Shown: in pieces, positions 41,616-52,028 of the stretch
Layout: each line of letters begins with the position of its first letter
Position numbering within the stretch: position 1 is the first letter of the stretch
Assembly (NCBI GenBank): GCA_965644495.1
Contig: CBFFSA010000006.1
Span: 496,001 to 560,000, forward strand
DNA from: Perkinsela sp. CCAP 1560/9
Taxonomy: Eukaryota > Protista > Euglenozoa: Kinetoplastea
Direction of reading: 5' to 3'
Length of the DNA stretch: 64,000 bases
Notes under the pieces: generated by a model
What the model was told of the DNA's origin: nothing
Database searches by the model: none
The model's input: the letters and a program-made list of their open reading frames with translations, nothing else
Made by a program: the position numbers and the translations under genes

Positions 41616-44600
41616 ATGAACGAAGCAATAGGTAGCATAGAAGCGAAATGTGTTGCCGTTTTTACGAATTCAGGGAGCAAAGAAGAACTCAACGTTATAC
41701 GGTCTGAGCTAAATAGTCTTTGCACGCCATCCTCCCTCTCACAGCTGCGTAGTCTGTGTGACTCTAGCGAAAATACCTACGCACATTTTTTTGCTGCTCA
41801 AAGTTTAGGAACACTCGTTGAACAGCGCTGGAGCGAAATTACGAAAAATGAGAAGGTAAAACTCTCGGACTGGCTGAGCGAGCAGCTCCTTTCGAAGTAT
41901 ACAAAATATCAGCCTTATGTAGTAAGCACTTTATCTCAATGCATGTCACGCTTTGTAAAATTTGGTTGGAACGAGCATAATTCGTGGAGGTTATGGTCGA
42001 GTTCAATTACAGCGCAACTAATTCGCGGGAATACGAATCCTTCTAGGAAAATACATGGCTTAAAATTGCTTTTGAGTCTAATTACTGAAATTTGTTTGTG
42101 GCACTCCAGACGGCCTACTACTTTGCACCGTAAGACGGTTGCAAGTTTTCGAGATATTCAGTTATTGTCTATCTTCCAAGTTGCTTTACAGGCACTAGAC
42201 GAGAAGCAATATGCGACCGTCGATATTCTCCATGCAGCAGCTGCACTTTGCCTTGGCACTCTTAATTACGATTTTACGGGATTGCTTTTCGAGGAATGTG
42301 GTGACGACATCGGGCAAACTCAGATTCCTACTTCCTGGCGGGAAACAATATTTGAGATGAACGCCCTGCCAATGTTATGGTCGATATATGCGAAAACCGA
42401 ACTTATTGATGCATTACGTTGCATCACCGCCTTAGCGAATATAAGACGAGCTTTCTTTACTTCAGAGGAGCAGCGCGGCCGATGGATATCATCAGTGTTA
42501 TCAGGATTGATGGATTTGCTTCGACGACGTCGAACTTTGGGGTCGGAAGCGCTGTGCGAAATCTTTAAAATGCACGCAAGGATAAAATCTACGTATCAAA
42601 TGGTTGATCTCTCTACTTCTCCGTTTTTTGAAACTTGGATACAACTGTATGTTGAAACTACTCGTGATACGCTAGGCAACAGAGCATTTAGTCGAAGTGC
42701 GATCCCAAATCTTATGTTATTTTGGTCGCGAGTGGCGACTTCCCAGCCATACTACTCGGGATCTGCCGTCAATTTAACTTCCGTGGTTAATAAAAGCTTG
42801 GTTGATGTATTCCAAGTATTCGTCGCGTCTTGTTTGGAAACTACAGAATCAGACTGCGAGAAATTGTCCGAAGAGTTTCCACTAGCAGATTCCGACTCAG
42901 TTATGCTGTACCTAGAATCTATTCCGCAGTTATTCCGCGTGCAACCATCACTTCTTGGAAGCTTTCTACTTGATCTCTTTTCTCAGACTAACAATCTGCA
43001 ACAAATCGTAACGGAACAAACTACATATCTTTCGAAATGTGCTTGGCTACTTTATATATTTTCGATGGTAATACGCTCGTCGACCTCTAGTGGTCCTTCG
43101 GCTCATGACGGTGACACCACAGATGCTGAGTTGATATCTTGCGTTTTACGGTTCGTCTACACCAATTCAAATATAGGATCACCAACAGTTGCTCGAGTCA
43201 GACTTGAACAGGCAGTAATACATTGTATGAAATCTTTTCAGCTTTCTTACATTGGTGATAGCTCTACACCACACTCGAGAATATACCGTCGTATAACTTC
43301 AGCGCTGCACGACTGCGGTAAAGAATTCGAAGATTTCTCATGTGTGCTTGAATTCATAGTTAAAAAAATACTAATGAATTTACGTCACTGGTGGAAGGAA
43401 TCGACTCTTCTAAGTGACACATTATCTCTTTTTGTGGACCTTGCAAATGGTTTTCATTCAAGCAAGCAGTTGTTTGATTCACCAAGTATTCAGCAACTCT
43501 GTGAGGCTCACATACAGCAAAGTACTGGATTTGCTTTTCTAGAACATAAAGAGATTACATCTCATCGCACAAAGTATTATCAGGCACTCACAACTGTATT
43601 TTTTCTAGAGCGCTTCAACGAGACCTCTTTTCTGTCCTTTTTGCGGCCGATGGATTCAGACATGCAATTAGTAGCTCAAGATATTAAAAATTGTACGGAG
43701 AGTTCTTCCCTAACAGTTTCGTCTTCATCTTGCCTAAGAGATTTACGCGGCATTTGCATAGCATGCACGAACAAACGCATGTATGCGATATTCTTTTCTT
43801 GGTTATACGAAAACTACAGAGGCTTATTATTAGAGCTCGCGAAGTTATGTAATCGTGAGCTCGAACTGGGGAAATTACTTTTAAAGTTTTTCCGTCATTT
43901 AGTACTAAATCAGCAGCAAAGAATCGCGTTCGATAGCAACTCACCGAGTGGCATACGATTATTTAAATGGGCAGCACAAGTGGTGCAAATAATGGGGACA
44001 CATTTCGTAAACTCGTGGCCACGTATACAGTCTTTGGAACAGCTTCTTCTAATGAATTCACTATTAACTGCATCACTGACCATTTGGCATCGTTCTCTAT
44101 CCGGAGGATTTTGCAACTTGGGCACTTTTGAAGTTTACGATGATCCAATACTTGAACAAACAAACGAAGCGGTGTTTCAGATGATTGAATGTGGTGTTTC
44201 CACTGATTTATTTCAACATATCAAGTTATATCAGGCATATTTCGCCTTCCTAGATGCAATCTCATCTGTGCGTCCAAACTACGTATGTGCTCAAAGTACT
44301 TCGCGATTCATACGTCTTCTACAATCCATAGAGGCAGCGATGGAACAACCTGGAGTTAGTAAAACTGCCATGTCTAGCGCGTGTGCTTCACTGCATCATA
44401 TTTGTTCTCATATGTACGTTCAAGTCACCACGCAAGGGCAACAGTTGAGTCTCCTAAGTGAACATCTTCAAGCAGACCCTGAATTACTGCGTCGTATCAT
44501 GGAATCACTCTTTCACTTACTGCTCTTTGATGAGAGAATGAACACATGGAGCATTTCACGGCCCCTACTGCCTCTGATACTGCTGTGCCCGGAAAAGTAC

Positions 44601-44774
44601 CACAGTTTTCGTACGAAAACCATTGAAGAACATCCAAAAGAGCGCAGCGAAGTTATTTCTCGTGCTTTTGAAGAACTTATGACTGATTTAGAAAAGAATT
44701 TAGAACCTAGAACACGTGAAAAATTTGCACAAAACGTCAGTACATTCAGAAACACTATGAAAACTGCAAAATAA
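41616..44774 (+). CDS. XPO7: Exportin-7 / RanBP16
   Basis: KFGW, HRKTVASFRD, YDFTG....E, QIPTSWR, HRTKYY, RDLRGI, NQQQRIAFDSNSPSGIRLF, WSISRPLL, REKFAQN. Confidence 0.92.
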   Translation: MNEAIGSIEAKCVAVFTNSGSKEELNVIRSELNSLCTPSSLSQLRSLCDSSENTYAHFFAAQSLGTLVEQRWSEITKNEKVKLSDWLSEQLLSKYTKYQPYVVSTLSQCMSRFVKFGWNEHNSWRLWSSSITAQLIRGNTNPSRKIHGLKLLLSLITEICLWHSRRPTTLHRKTVASFRDIQLLSIFQVALQALDEKQYATVDILHAAAALCLGTLNYDFTGLLFEECGDDIGQTQIPTSWRETIFEMNALPMLWSIYAKTELIDALRCITALANIRRAFFTSEEQRGRWISSVLSGLMDLLRRRRTLGSEALCEIFKMHARIKSTYQMVDLSTSPFFETWIQLYVETTRDTLGNRAFSRSAIPNLMLFWSRVATSQPYYSGSAVNLTSVVNKSLVDVFQVFVASCLETTESDCEKLSEEFPLADSDSVMLYLESIPQLFRVQPSLLGSFLLDLFSQTNNLQQIVTEQTTYLSKCAWLLYIFSMVIRSSTSSGPSAHDGDTTDAELISCVLRFVYTNSNIGSPTVARVRLEQAVIHCMKSFQLSYIGDSSTPHSRIYRRITSALHDCGKEFEDFSCVLEFIVKKILMNLRHWWKESTLLSDTLSLFVDLANGFHSSKQLFDSPSIQQLCEAHIQQSTGFAFLEHKEITSHRTKYYQALTTVFFLERFNETSFLSFLRPMDSDMQLVAQDIKNCTESSSLTVSSSSCLRDLRGICIACTNKRMYAIFFSWLYENYRGLLLELAKLCNRELELGKLLLKFFRHLVLNQQQRIAFDSNSPSGIRLFKWAAQVVQIMGTHFVNSWPRIQSLEQLLLMNSLLTASLTIWHRSLSGGFCNLGTFEVYDDPILEQTNEAVFQMIECGVSTDLFQHIKLYQAYFAFLDAISSVRPNYVCAQSTSRFIRLLQSIEAAMEQPGVSKTAMSSACASLHHICSHMYVQVTTQGQQLSLLSEHLQADPELLRRIMESLFHLLLFDERMNTWSISRPLLPLILLCPEKYHSFRTKTIEEHPKERSEVISRAFEELMTDLEKNLEPRTREKFAQNVSTFRNTMKTAK

Positions 44775-45082
44775 GTTCCGATGAAAAGTTATTTTTATTG
44801 GAATCTACTTGTAACTTTATTAATCGAACTGTATTTTTTTAAGAAACTAAGCGTAAACTGGTGACAAAGGTCGAGCCCTGTTGGTCAATTACGTCTGCAT
44901 ACTCATACTGTACCTCTGATTTAGGCTTGAAATATTTTATTTAAATGTATCTCCCCTATTACATATCTCCCTTACATGTGAAGCCTATTCTTTTTCTCAC
45001 CATCTCTTACTTCTACCTGTGACCCTAAAACTTTCATCTTTCATTACGTTCCTAAGAAATAGTGCATTTAGTATTTTTTCCA

Positions 45083-45538
45083 ATGTTTTTCTGCACCCTT
45101 CGAAATTTAGCAAAGCCGGGATCCAAGACATTAGAGCACCGCGGCCGTCTTCTAGGTCCCTCTCCAAAGGCGAGGTATTACATTGGAAGACGTAGCTGCT
45201 ACAAGGCTCGATTCCTTGACACTGGTCCGGGTTGGTCCCGCGTGTGGCTTGCTGTGAAGCCAGGCACGCGACACCGCCGTCACCCAAAGCCAAAAAACCA
45301 CGTTGGAGAAAGATTGTTGTGGCGACCGATTCAGCGCGGCTATCAACGTCTCTACGAGAAGGACATTATGCGAAATCATGTGAACAAATGGGTACCGGAA
45401 AAGCGTCTTCGAGCTGCTAATACGGAAATTGGGAGAGTTCGACACGCTGCTGATGGATATCATTTCAAGGGTCACGAACGATTCGGTCCGGGACCATACT
45501 ATCCGCTAGGATACAACGGAGAGTATAGAATGTTTTAA
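45083..45538 (+). CDS. Kinetoplastid mitoribosomal protein bL35m
   Basis: RF..GP.WSRVW, WRPIQRGYQRLY, RLRAANTEIG and terminal EYRMF resemble recalled T. brucei bL35m. ATG 45083. Confidence 0.75.
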   Translation: MFFCTLRNLAKPGSKTLEHRGRLLGPSPKARYYIGRRSCYKARFLDTGPGWSRVWLAVKPGTRHRRHPKPKNHVGERLLWRPIQRGYQRLYEKDIMRNHVNKWVPEKRLRAANTEIGRVRHAADGYHFKGHERFGPGPYYPLGYNGEYRMF

Positions 45539-45680
45539 GTCATTAAAATTATTTTTGACACGATGTAAAGAGAAACGATATATCCTACACACGTTCCACA
45601 TCAGGAATTTAATCTAATCAAAGTGGAGTGGCTTTTGTCTTGCTCAATAAATCTTTCTTTGCTTTAGACTTGTTAAAAAA

Positions 45681-47375
45681 ATGTCTGAGGGGAATCCTGA
45701 ACATGATAAAACGGAGCCAAGCACGCAAGACGTCTACAATCCGAAGTTGCGTGTGGAATTACTTAATTTTCTTTGGTCATTGCATGAGAAACATGGACTC
45801 CGTTCAGAAAACTATACTGAATATCGGCGATATCTCACTCATCGGCTTGCCCGTCTGTACAAAGAACACGGACTGAAGCATGGAAAAGGCCGTTACGTCA
45901 AAAAACCTCTGAATAAAGAAAATGCCACACTGTCCGCGCATGTTCTGATCATTCTACTAACTGCTGAACGCTCTTGGGCCTTGGCAGAAGATCGCAATCA
46001 AGATGTCATGAAGCGTCCGGACATTGCTCATCGCGCATCTCGTCACATCCGCTCTCGCATGCGAAAATGTGTTCGTATTTGCAGCACACTTGAGGAAGTG
46101 TGTACTTGCGTTACTGATGAAGTTACGCTTCTCGAATGCCGTGTATACAAAGCCGAGATGAAAGCTCGTGGAGCAATGATGGCGGACAAATTATGTGAAG
46201 CTAGAGTTTCATTTCAACGTTGCCATGATTTATATACTAAACTTAAGTCATTGTACGACGAAGACAGCTGGATCATTGCTTTAGATCGCATGCGTCCAAT
46301 CGAGGAACTTTTTCGACATTGCCTTTATGTAGAAGGTAAGGAAGTCGACAGTACTTTATTTCATACGCTGCGAACATGTGCAGGACAAGGAGCATTGCAA
46401 TGGGCTCATCAAACTTTGATTATACATCACCGACAACTACAGCGCATGGTGGAAAGGCTCGCAGATTGTGAGGAAAAGGCTAAGGAATTAACCACCATTG
46501 TCGGCATACCGAATGAAAGCACAATAAGACGCAACGCCGAAGTTTATGATCGCTTAATCGCCGTGGCAAACGAATTTATCAACAAGATTGAGGTTGAAAT
46601 AAGAACTGAATCGGATGATCGAAGGCAGCTATATTTAATGCTACACTGCGTAAAATTTCGGCTGTGCCGTGCCCAATATCGACGAACTCTTATGCATATT
46701 CGATTTTATGAATTCAAAAATATTCCAAAAGATTTTAAGACATGTTTGGATCTACCTTCTTCGATTTGCTCTGATCTCGTTCGATTGTATCGTTCGTTAA
46801 TTGACGAATGTAGCGAAATATGCGAAATTCCGGGAATGGATCTTTCCGATCAGGAGTACTTTGAGGCATTACATGCCTACGGTCGTGGTGCCGCCTTGTA
46901 TTATCGCGCGTTGGTGTGGTTTTCTGTTCAAGAATCTATCAAAGGTGTGGCATGCATAAGGGAAGCAGAGACGCTTCTTGCGAGTTGTTTGAAAGTGGAA
47001 GCAGTTTCCGAAATCGCGAATTCTTTGTGCACACGTGTACGCGGGTGCAAGGCAAAGTTGCAGGCAGAAGCTGTGTTAAGCAAAGCTAATGAAAAGAAAC
47101 TGGCAAATTGCCCCACGGAACAATCTGTATGGGTATTACCTCACAAAGAGCTTTCCGGGGAACAGGAAGTCAATGCAATAGAAAGAATGCGTGCATCGAA
47201 GGAAGTGTGTCTTACAGATGAAATGCCCCAGCTGCTAACTATGTTCCCGAAGCCTACTTTTTACGATATTGCAGGTTCTTTCGTTATGAATCCCGAACCC
47301 GAAAACGGCTATTCTGAAGATGTGAAAGAAGAACACTCTAGTTCGCCTCGTAGTTGGCTTTCAAGTTGGCTATGA
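45681..47375 (+). CDS. SRP68: Signal recognition particle subunit SRP68
   Basis: HGLRSENYTEYRRYLTHRLARL, LLTAERSWALA, PKPTFYDIA. Confidence 0.9.
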   Translation: MSEGNPEHDKTEPSTQDVYNPKLRVELLNFLWSLHEKHGLRSENYTEYRRYLTHRLARLYKEHGLKHGKGRYVKKPLNKENATLSAHVLIILLTAERSWALAEDRNQDVMKRPDIAHRASRHIRSRMRKCVRICSTLEEVCTCVTDEVTLLECRVYKAEMKARGAMMADKLCEARVSFQRCHDLYTKLKSLYDEDSWIIALDRMRPIEELFRHCLYVEGKEVDSTLFHTLRTCAGQGALQWAHQTLIIHHRQLQRMVERLADCEEKAKELTTIVGIPNESTIRRNAEVYDRLIAVANEFINKIEVEIRTESDDRRQLYLMLHCVKFRLCRAQYRRTLMHIRFYEFKNIPKDFKTCLDLPSSICSDLVRLYRSLIDECSEICEIPGMDLSDQEYFEALHAYGRGAALYYRALVWFSVQESIKGVACIREAETLLASCLKVEAVSEIANSLCTRVRGCKAKLQAEAVLSKANEKKLANCPTEQSVWVLPHKELSGEQEVNAIERMRASKEVCLTDEMPQLLTMFPKPTFYDIAGSFVMNPEPENGYSEDVKEEHSSSPRSWLSSWL

Positions 47376-47964
47376 AAGTATGGAGTCTATTTTTGAACGA
47401 GTTTCTTTCATTGAGAAATAAAGCTCCATGAACACAAAAGTTATTAGTACTATTTTAATCCTTTTTCTCAGTACAGGAGGAATAATTTTCATCACAAATA
47501 ATCAAGCACGGCGTCTTATGAACGACGAGAACCACTGAAAATCTAATGTCACCGGCACGCGTGATGCTCTGCTAAATATTTTGTACAGTATTCAGTGCTA
47601 TTCATTGTTATCATCTTTCGATATCTGTGTATGTTCCTTTTGTGCTGTCATTTTTCGTCCTGGTACAATATTTAAGTATTTGGTCTTAATGTTTTATTTG
47701 TTATAAAATTCAAAACATACGAAATCTACACTTTGCTAGTGCTGAATAAAATGCGCAATATCAAATTAAAAGATCTGTCCTAAGAAAAGTTAACTGAGAC
47801 TTCAATTTTGAACGAGTATTGAGAAATAAATATTCGATGTACATGTAACGTAAAATTGGTATTTTTTTGCGCAATCTATGATCATAGTAGTCTATGTACA
47901 TGTATAATCTTGATTTTTTTCGTAACCACTTTTATGCATTTGATTTTAACCAACTTCATCTTTC

Positions 47965-48645
47965 ATGGAAGACGTGTGGGTGCCTCCGGATGAGATCGCA
48001 GGGCAAAAAGAGTCGGCGAGGGATACAGCTCGGATTCCATCCTTAATGGAACGACTGAATTTGCTTTGGACTAATGAACGGTTGTGTATGGATTTGTTGC
48101 ACTACGATGAAGGTATCGTAAATGCAGTTCTTTCTGAACTCTCATCCAGGGAGGAGGCAGCCTCCACGGCGAAATCCCCCAGCACTACACTTGCCTTTGA
48201 CCCCTTTGATTTAATTCGCACCGAGCTGACCCGATGCAAATATATACTCTCGGACTATTTACGCATTAGACTAGAAAAGATAGCAGAGATATCACACTCC
48301 CTGCCGCTTGATGAGGTGAGGCAGCGAAAGCTTTCTCCGCAAGAAAAGTCATGGGCTACAACGTATGCGCGAATGGAGCACAGCGCCATGTTAGATGGTG
48401 GGCTTGGGATGTTGCCTGAAGAGCTGCACTCCCTCACCCCGGGTCCTCCTCCCGCGGATGGAGAAGAAATTCTTTGTGAGGCTCCTCTGCATCACTACGT
48501 ATTTACCCGAGTTTTGGTGGACGTGGGGTCATGGGATCTTGGTGGCGAAGCGAATTCGTACGATCTAAAAAAAGGAGACCTGTATGCGTTAAAATATGGA
48601 GCTGTCGCGGACTTGATCAAAAAAGGAAAAGCTGCTCTGGTATGA
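47965..48645 (+). CDS. SLD5: GINS complex subunit Sld5 (GINS4)
   Basis: WTNER...LL.Y, ELTRCKYILSDYLRIRLEKI, LSPQE, YVFTRV, C-terminal beta domain. Confidence 0.9.
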   Translation: MEDVWVPPDEIAGQKESARDTARIPSLMERLNLLWTNERLCMDLLHYDEGIVNAVLSELSSREEAASTAKSPSTTLAFDPFDLIRTELTRCKYILSDYLRIRLEKIAEISHSLPLDEVRQRKLSPQEKSWATTYARMEHSAMLDGGLGMLPEELHSLTPGPPPADGEEILCEAPLHHYVFTRVLVDVGSWDLGGEANSYDLKKGDLYALKYGAVADLIKKGKAALV

Positions 48646-48884
48646 AGTATGTCCTGTTTGTGCTTTTTGTCGTTTGTTCCACTGCATTATTTTTACGCGT
48701 ATTTTAATATGCAATGCTTCACAAGAAGACAAATAAGACAGGTCTTTTCGGTGAAAGTAAAGGAAAATTCGCTTTTCTTATGACTTTTTAGCTTGGCATT
48801 TTTCCTTTCGACAAAAGGACATTATCTACGTACATAATATTGTATATGACTATTGTATACCCTTTTTCCGTTATTTTCTATGGT

Positions 48885-49058
48885 ATGCCAGGGGTGTCGG
48901 GGGTTCGCTTGTCGAAGAAAGTTCACCCTCAGCCGTATATCACGCCGGACGGAAGCATAGTGCGAGCAGTGGCTTCAAAGCCACGGGCTTGTCACGAGAA
49001 GGGTTTTCTGTGGAAAAAGGACACACTCATCACCAAAAGAAATGGAATTAGAGGATAG
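48885..49058 (+). CDS. 57-aa basic protein, possibly mitoribosomal bL31m-like
   Basis: HPQPYITPDGSIVRAVASKPR has the P-x6-DGS-x8-PR spacing of recalled bL31m/MRPL55; preceded by a pyrimidine tract. Confidence 0.45.
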   Translation: MPGVSGVRLSKKVHPQPYITPDGSIVRAVASKPRACHEKGFLWKKDTLITKRNGIRG

Positions 49059-49187
49059 AGTGTGGCACTGTACTAAGAAATGCAAGGGTAGATTTCTAGA
49101 TAGGGTGTAAAGCAATTTTTTTTCAAAAAAGGCGAATTTTGCTTTACTTTAACCCTCTTTTCAATATTGTCTACGTAACATTTGCTT

Positions 49188-50225
49188 ATGAATTTTTGGG
49201 GTGCAAAGACGGAATCTCCAGCACTTGAAGAATCACGGGAAGCTGATGATACCTCGCACATACCAGACACTACGCCTGAATCCAAAGCGCGAGAGGACGC
49301 CGTTAACATCCGGAATAAACTTAGAGAAGAGCTTCGTCACAAACCGAAACCTGGTCAACACTTTTCATATGAAAAATTTTTCCGTCCCGCAGCTCGCGTT
49401 CTAATGGAACAAGCTATGGGTGAGGGAGGGGAAGGTCTGTCCCTCGTCTCCACGAATCAAACGATGAATCTCAGCACAACCACCAAGTACGTCCTTAATA
49501 ATCGCCAGACCAGCGCATGGGAAATCACCCTCCAATCTCACGGTTTCTCCGACTTCGTCAGCGCAACCTACAGCACCCTGAATCGTTACCAGCTCATGTA
49601 CCAACGCATCTTCAAAACCGGAGCCATGGGGGTCGCCCAATGGATGGTCCAACCCAGTCCCCTGGCCCCCGGTCCCGTCCCCCCGGGCAACTTCTTCGGT
49701 CTCCTCGAGTACCCCTGGCGCCCCCACGGCTGCACCGCGCTCTCCTACCTCAAAGGCCAGCACCTCGCCCTCAGCCACACCGAGCGCCCCCTCCGCGGCC
49801 TCTACCTCGGCTCCACCCTCACCTACGACCTCACCACCCACGACACCACCGCCGCCTACGCCCTCCAGTCCACCTCCCCCGACCGCAGGCACACTCTCGC
49901 CGCCGAGTACAAGTCCAACGGCGACCTGCGCCTCGCGCTGCTCCACCGCCACTGGCCCACCGACACCGAGGCCGTGCTCGAGGTCGACCTCGCGCGGCGC
50001 AAGAGCGGCGCCCGCACCTCCGGCCTCACCGCGGGCCTCCGACGAAACCTGCTCGGGGGCGGGGTGCTCAACCTCGTGGTGAGCCCTCTCGCCAAGGTCC
50101 GCGGGATGCTGGAGCTGCCGTTCGGGCAGCTGGAGCGCGGGGGGGGCCCGGTGAAGGTGGCGTATAACGTGAGTTATGACCTCCCCTCGAGCACGGTGAA
50201 ACATGGGGTGACGATTCAGATGTGA
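49188..50225 (+). CDS. ATOM40: ATOM40, kinetoplastid mitochondrial outer-membrane import pore (Tom40 family)
   Basis: KFFRP, QTSAWEITLQSHGFS, QRIFKTGAMGV, YPW..GC..LSYLKGQH.LSH, LPFG..., KHGV match recalled T. brucei ATOM40. Confidence 0.88.
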   Translation: MNFWGAKTESPALEESREADDTSHIPDTTPESKAREDAVNIRNKLREELRHKPKPGQHFSYEKFFRPAARVLMEQAMGEGGEGLSLVSTNQTMNLSTTTKYVLNNRQTSAWEITLQSHGFSDFVSATYSTLNRYQLMYQRIFKTGAMGVAQWMVQPSPLAPGPVPPGNFFGLLEYPWRPHGCTALSYLKGQHLALSHTERPLRGLYLGSTLTYDLTTHDTTAAYALQSTSPDRRHTLAAEYKSNGDLRLALLHRHWPTDTEAVLEVDLARRKSGARTSGLTAGLRRNLLGGGVLNLVVSPLAKVRGMLELPFGQLERGGGPVKVAYNVSYDLPSSTVKHGVTIQM

Positions 50226-50611
50226 GGATCGGGGGTGGGGCGGGGGAGAGGGGGGGGGTTTGGGGTGTGGGCGATGGATTGTGCCTTGGAGGTTTTTTTT
50301 GCGTTTGAGGGGTATGTTACTGGGTGGTGCTGATTGTGATTAGGGTTGAATCGGACGGCTCTGTGAAGGAGGCTCTTTTTTTATGGAGAAGGGTGTAAGA
50401 TTTAGGGATGTTCCTGAAGTTTTGTGTTCTACTAACTTTTATTATCCTAATCTTTTCGATAGCAGGCGTTCTCTCGAAACTTTGTATTCTAGTGCACAAA
50501 TGCTGGTTTTTATTTTCTGCAATGTTTTTTTGACAAAGACAGGTATAGATGACATGTATACGTATACTTTAATTAGTGTAGAATAATACGCGCTGTACGT
50601 ATCCGTTTATT

Positions 50612-51481
50612 ATGACCGAAATTGCCAAGGATTTGTGTGCAGGCACTATGGCTGGCATGATGTGCAAGGTTGTGGAATACCCTATGGACACTGTGAAGGT
50701 TCGTCTACAGGATATGCACTGCACCTACCGGGGTACTCTAGACTGCATAGTCCGCATGTTTCGAGAGGAGGGACCACTTGGGTTTTATCGAGGTCTTCCC
50801 GCCCCGCTCTACGGGTGCATGATTGACACTGCGACCATCTTTGTCGTCTACAACGGTCTCTCCAACACATACCGCAATTGGAAGGGCAGTGCGTTGAATT
50901 CTGATCTCCCATTAGCGGGGACGGCGGCCGCGGGGTTTGGCGCCGGTCTTGCCGTCTCTGTCGTGCTCACTCCGATAGAGTTGGTCAAGTGCCGCATGCA
51001 GGTGCAGGACACACTGCCTCCGGAGAAGCAAGTCTACAAGGGGGTGTGGCATTGCGCTTGCCGGACGGTGTCCCAGGAGGGGGTACGGGGACTATTCCGG
51101 GGGTACACCTCATTTGCCGCGCGCGAGGCTCCTGGGAGTGCATTATGGTACGCAGTGTATGAGGGACTGCGTTCGTATCTTGCCCCGCACGGGGGTTCAC
51201 GCTCAGATGTACCGCTACTTGGCACTGCCATGGCCGGGGCCGCAGCGGGATTCTCGTACTGGACCGCAACCTTTCCTACAGATGTGGTAAAAACGCGAAT
51301 CCAAGTGGATCCAGAGTATGCGAATCACACCTTGAAACAAGGACTTAAGGATGTGTACCGTGAAGGGGGAGTTCGATCTCTCTACAAAGGCTGGGGTGTG
51401 ACGGTGGCTCGGGCCATGCCCTCGCACGCGTTGCTCTTTGTGACGTATGAATACTGCAAGAGGTATTTGGACACTTTGTAG
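50612..51481 (+). CDS. Mitochondrial carrier (SLC25; ornithine/carnitine-carrier clade)
   Basis: Three Px[DE]xx[KR] repeats: PMDTVKVRLQ, PIELVKCRMQ, PTDVVKTRIQ; REAPG and RAMP contact motifs. Confidence 0.92.
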   Translation: MTEIAKDLCAGTMAGMMCKVVEYPMDTVKVRLQDMHCTYRGTLDCIVRMFREEGPLGFYRGLPAPLYGCMIDTATIFVVYNGLSNTYRNWKGSALNSDLPLAGTAAAGFGAGLAVSVVLTPIELVKCRMQVQDTLPPEKQVYKGVWHCACRTVSQEGVRGLFRGYTSFAAREAPGSALWYAVYEGLRSYLAPHGGSRSDVPLLGTAMAGAAAGFSYWTATFPTDVVKTRIQVDPEYANHTLKQGLKDVYREGGVRSLYKGWGVTVARAMPSHALLFVTYEYCKRYLDTL

Positions 51482-52028
51482 CGCGCTCGAGTAGTCCTTG
51501 GGGGAATCACATGATGTGGAACGCGCAGTATTGCATCGAAAGTTTGTGGCATCACACATGAATCTTTTCCTGCAAATTGTTGTTTGCTCTATCCTCTGAT
51601 TTCCTTGTTTCGTCTGATTCTTTTTTTAATTTTGTACCTTTTTTGGCTTAAATTTTTCATGGTGTTATTCATAGTGGCTGTTAAGTTCATGTTCTAGTTT
51701 GAGATAAATGGGCGGCATTGATTCTACACTACAATTCCTAGTAAAGGGTTACTAAGACTCGATATCCTTCTAATTATGTAGTAGCTTAATTATGTAATGA
51801 TTTATTACGCTAATTATGTAATAGCAAAAGGAATAACATTTACTGTACTGAATAACAATCTAAAATAATACAACGTAACAACGGACACGCTACTGTTGTA
51901 TGTTGTCCAAAATCGTACCATCAAGGGCAATGATCTTGATTTTAAATACATGTATAAATCATAGATGTATAAATTAGAGTAGGTTCTAGAGTATGGAGAT
52001 TTCCAGCCATTAAAAGCGCGGTACGAAG

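Noticed and set aside
49401-50204. 267-aa antisense ORF and 216-aa alternative-frame ORF over ATOM40
   Set aside because: By-products of extreme third-position C/G bias removing stop codons; low-complexity translations.
50340-50345. TTAGGG telomeric hexamer
   Set aside because: Single copy within a G/T-rich tract.
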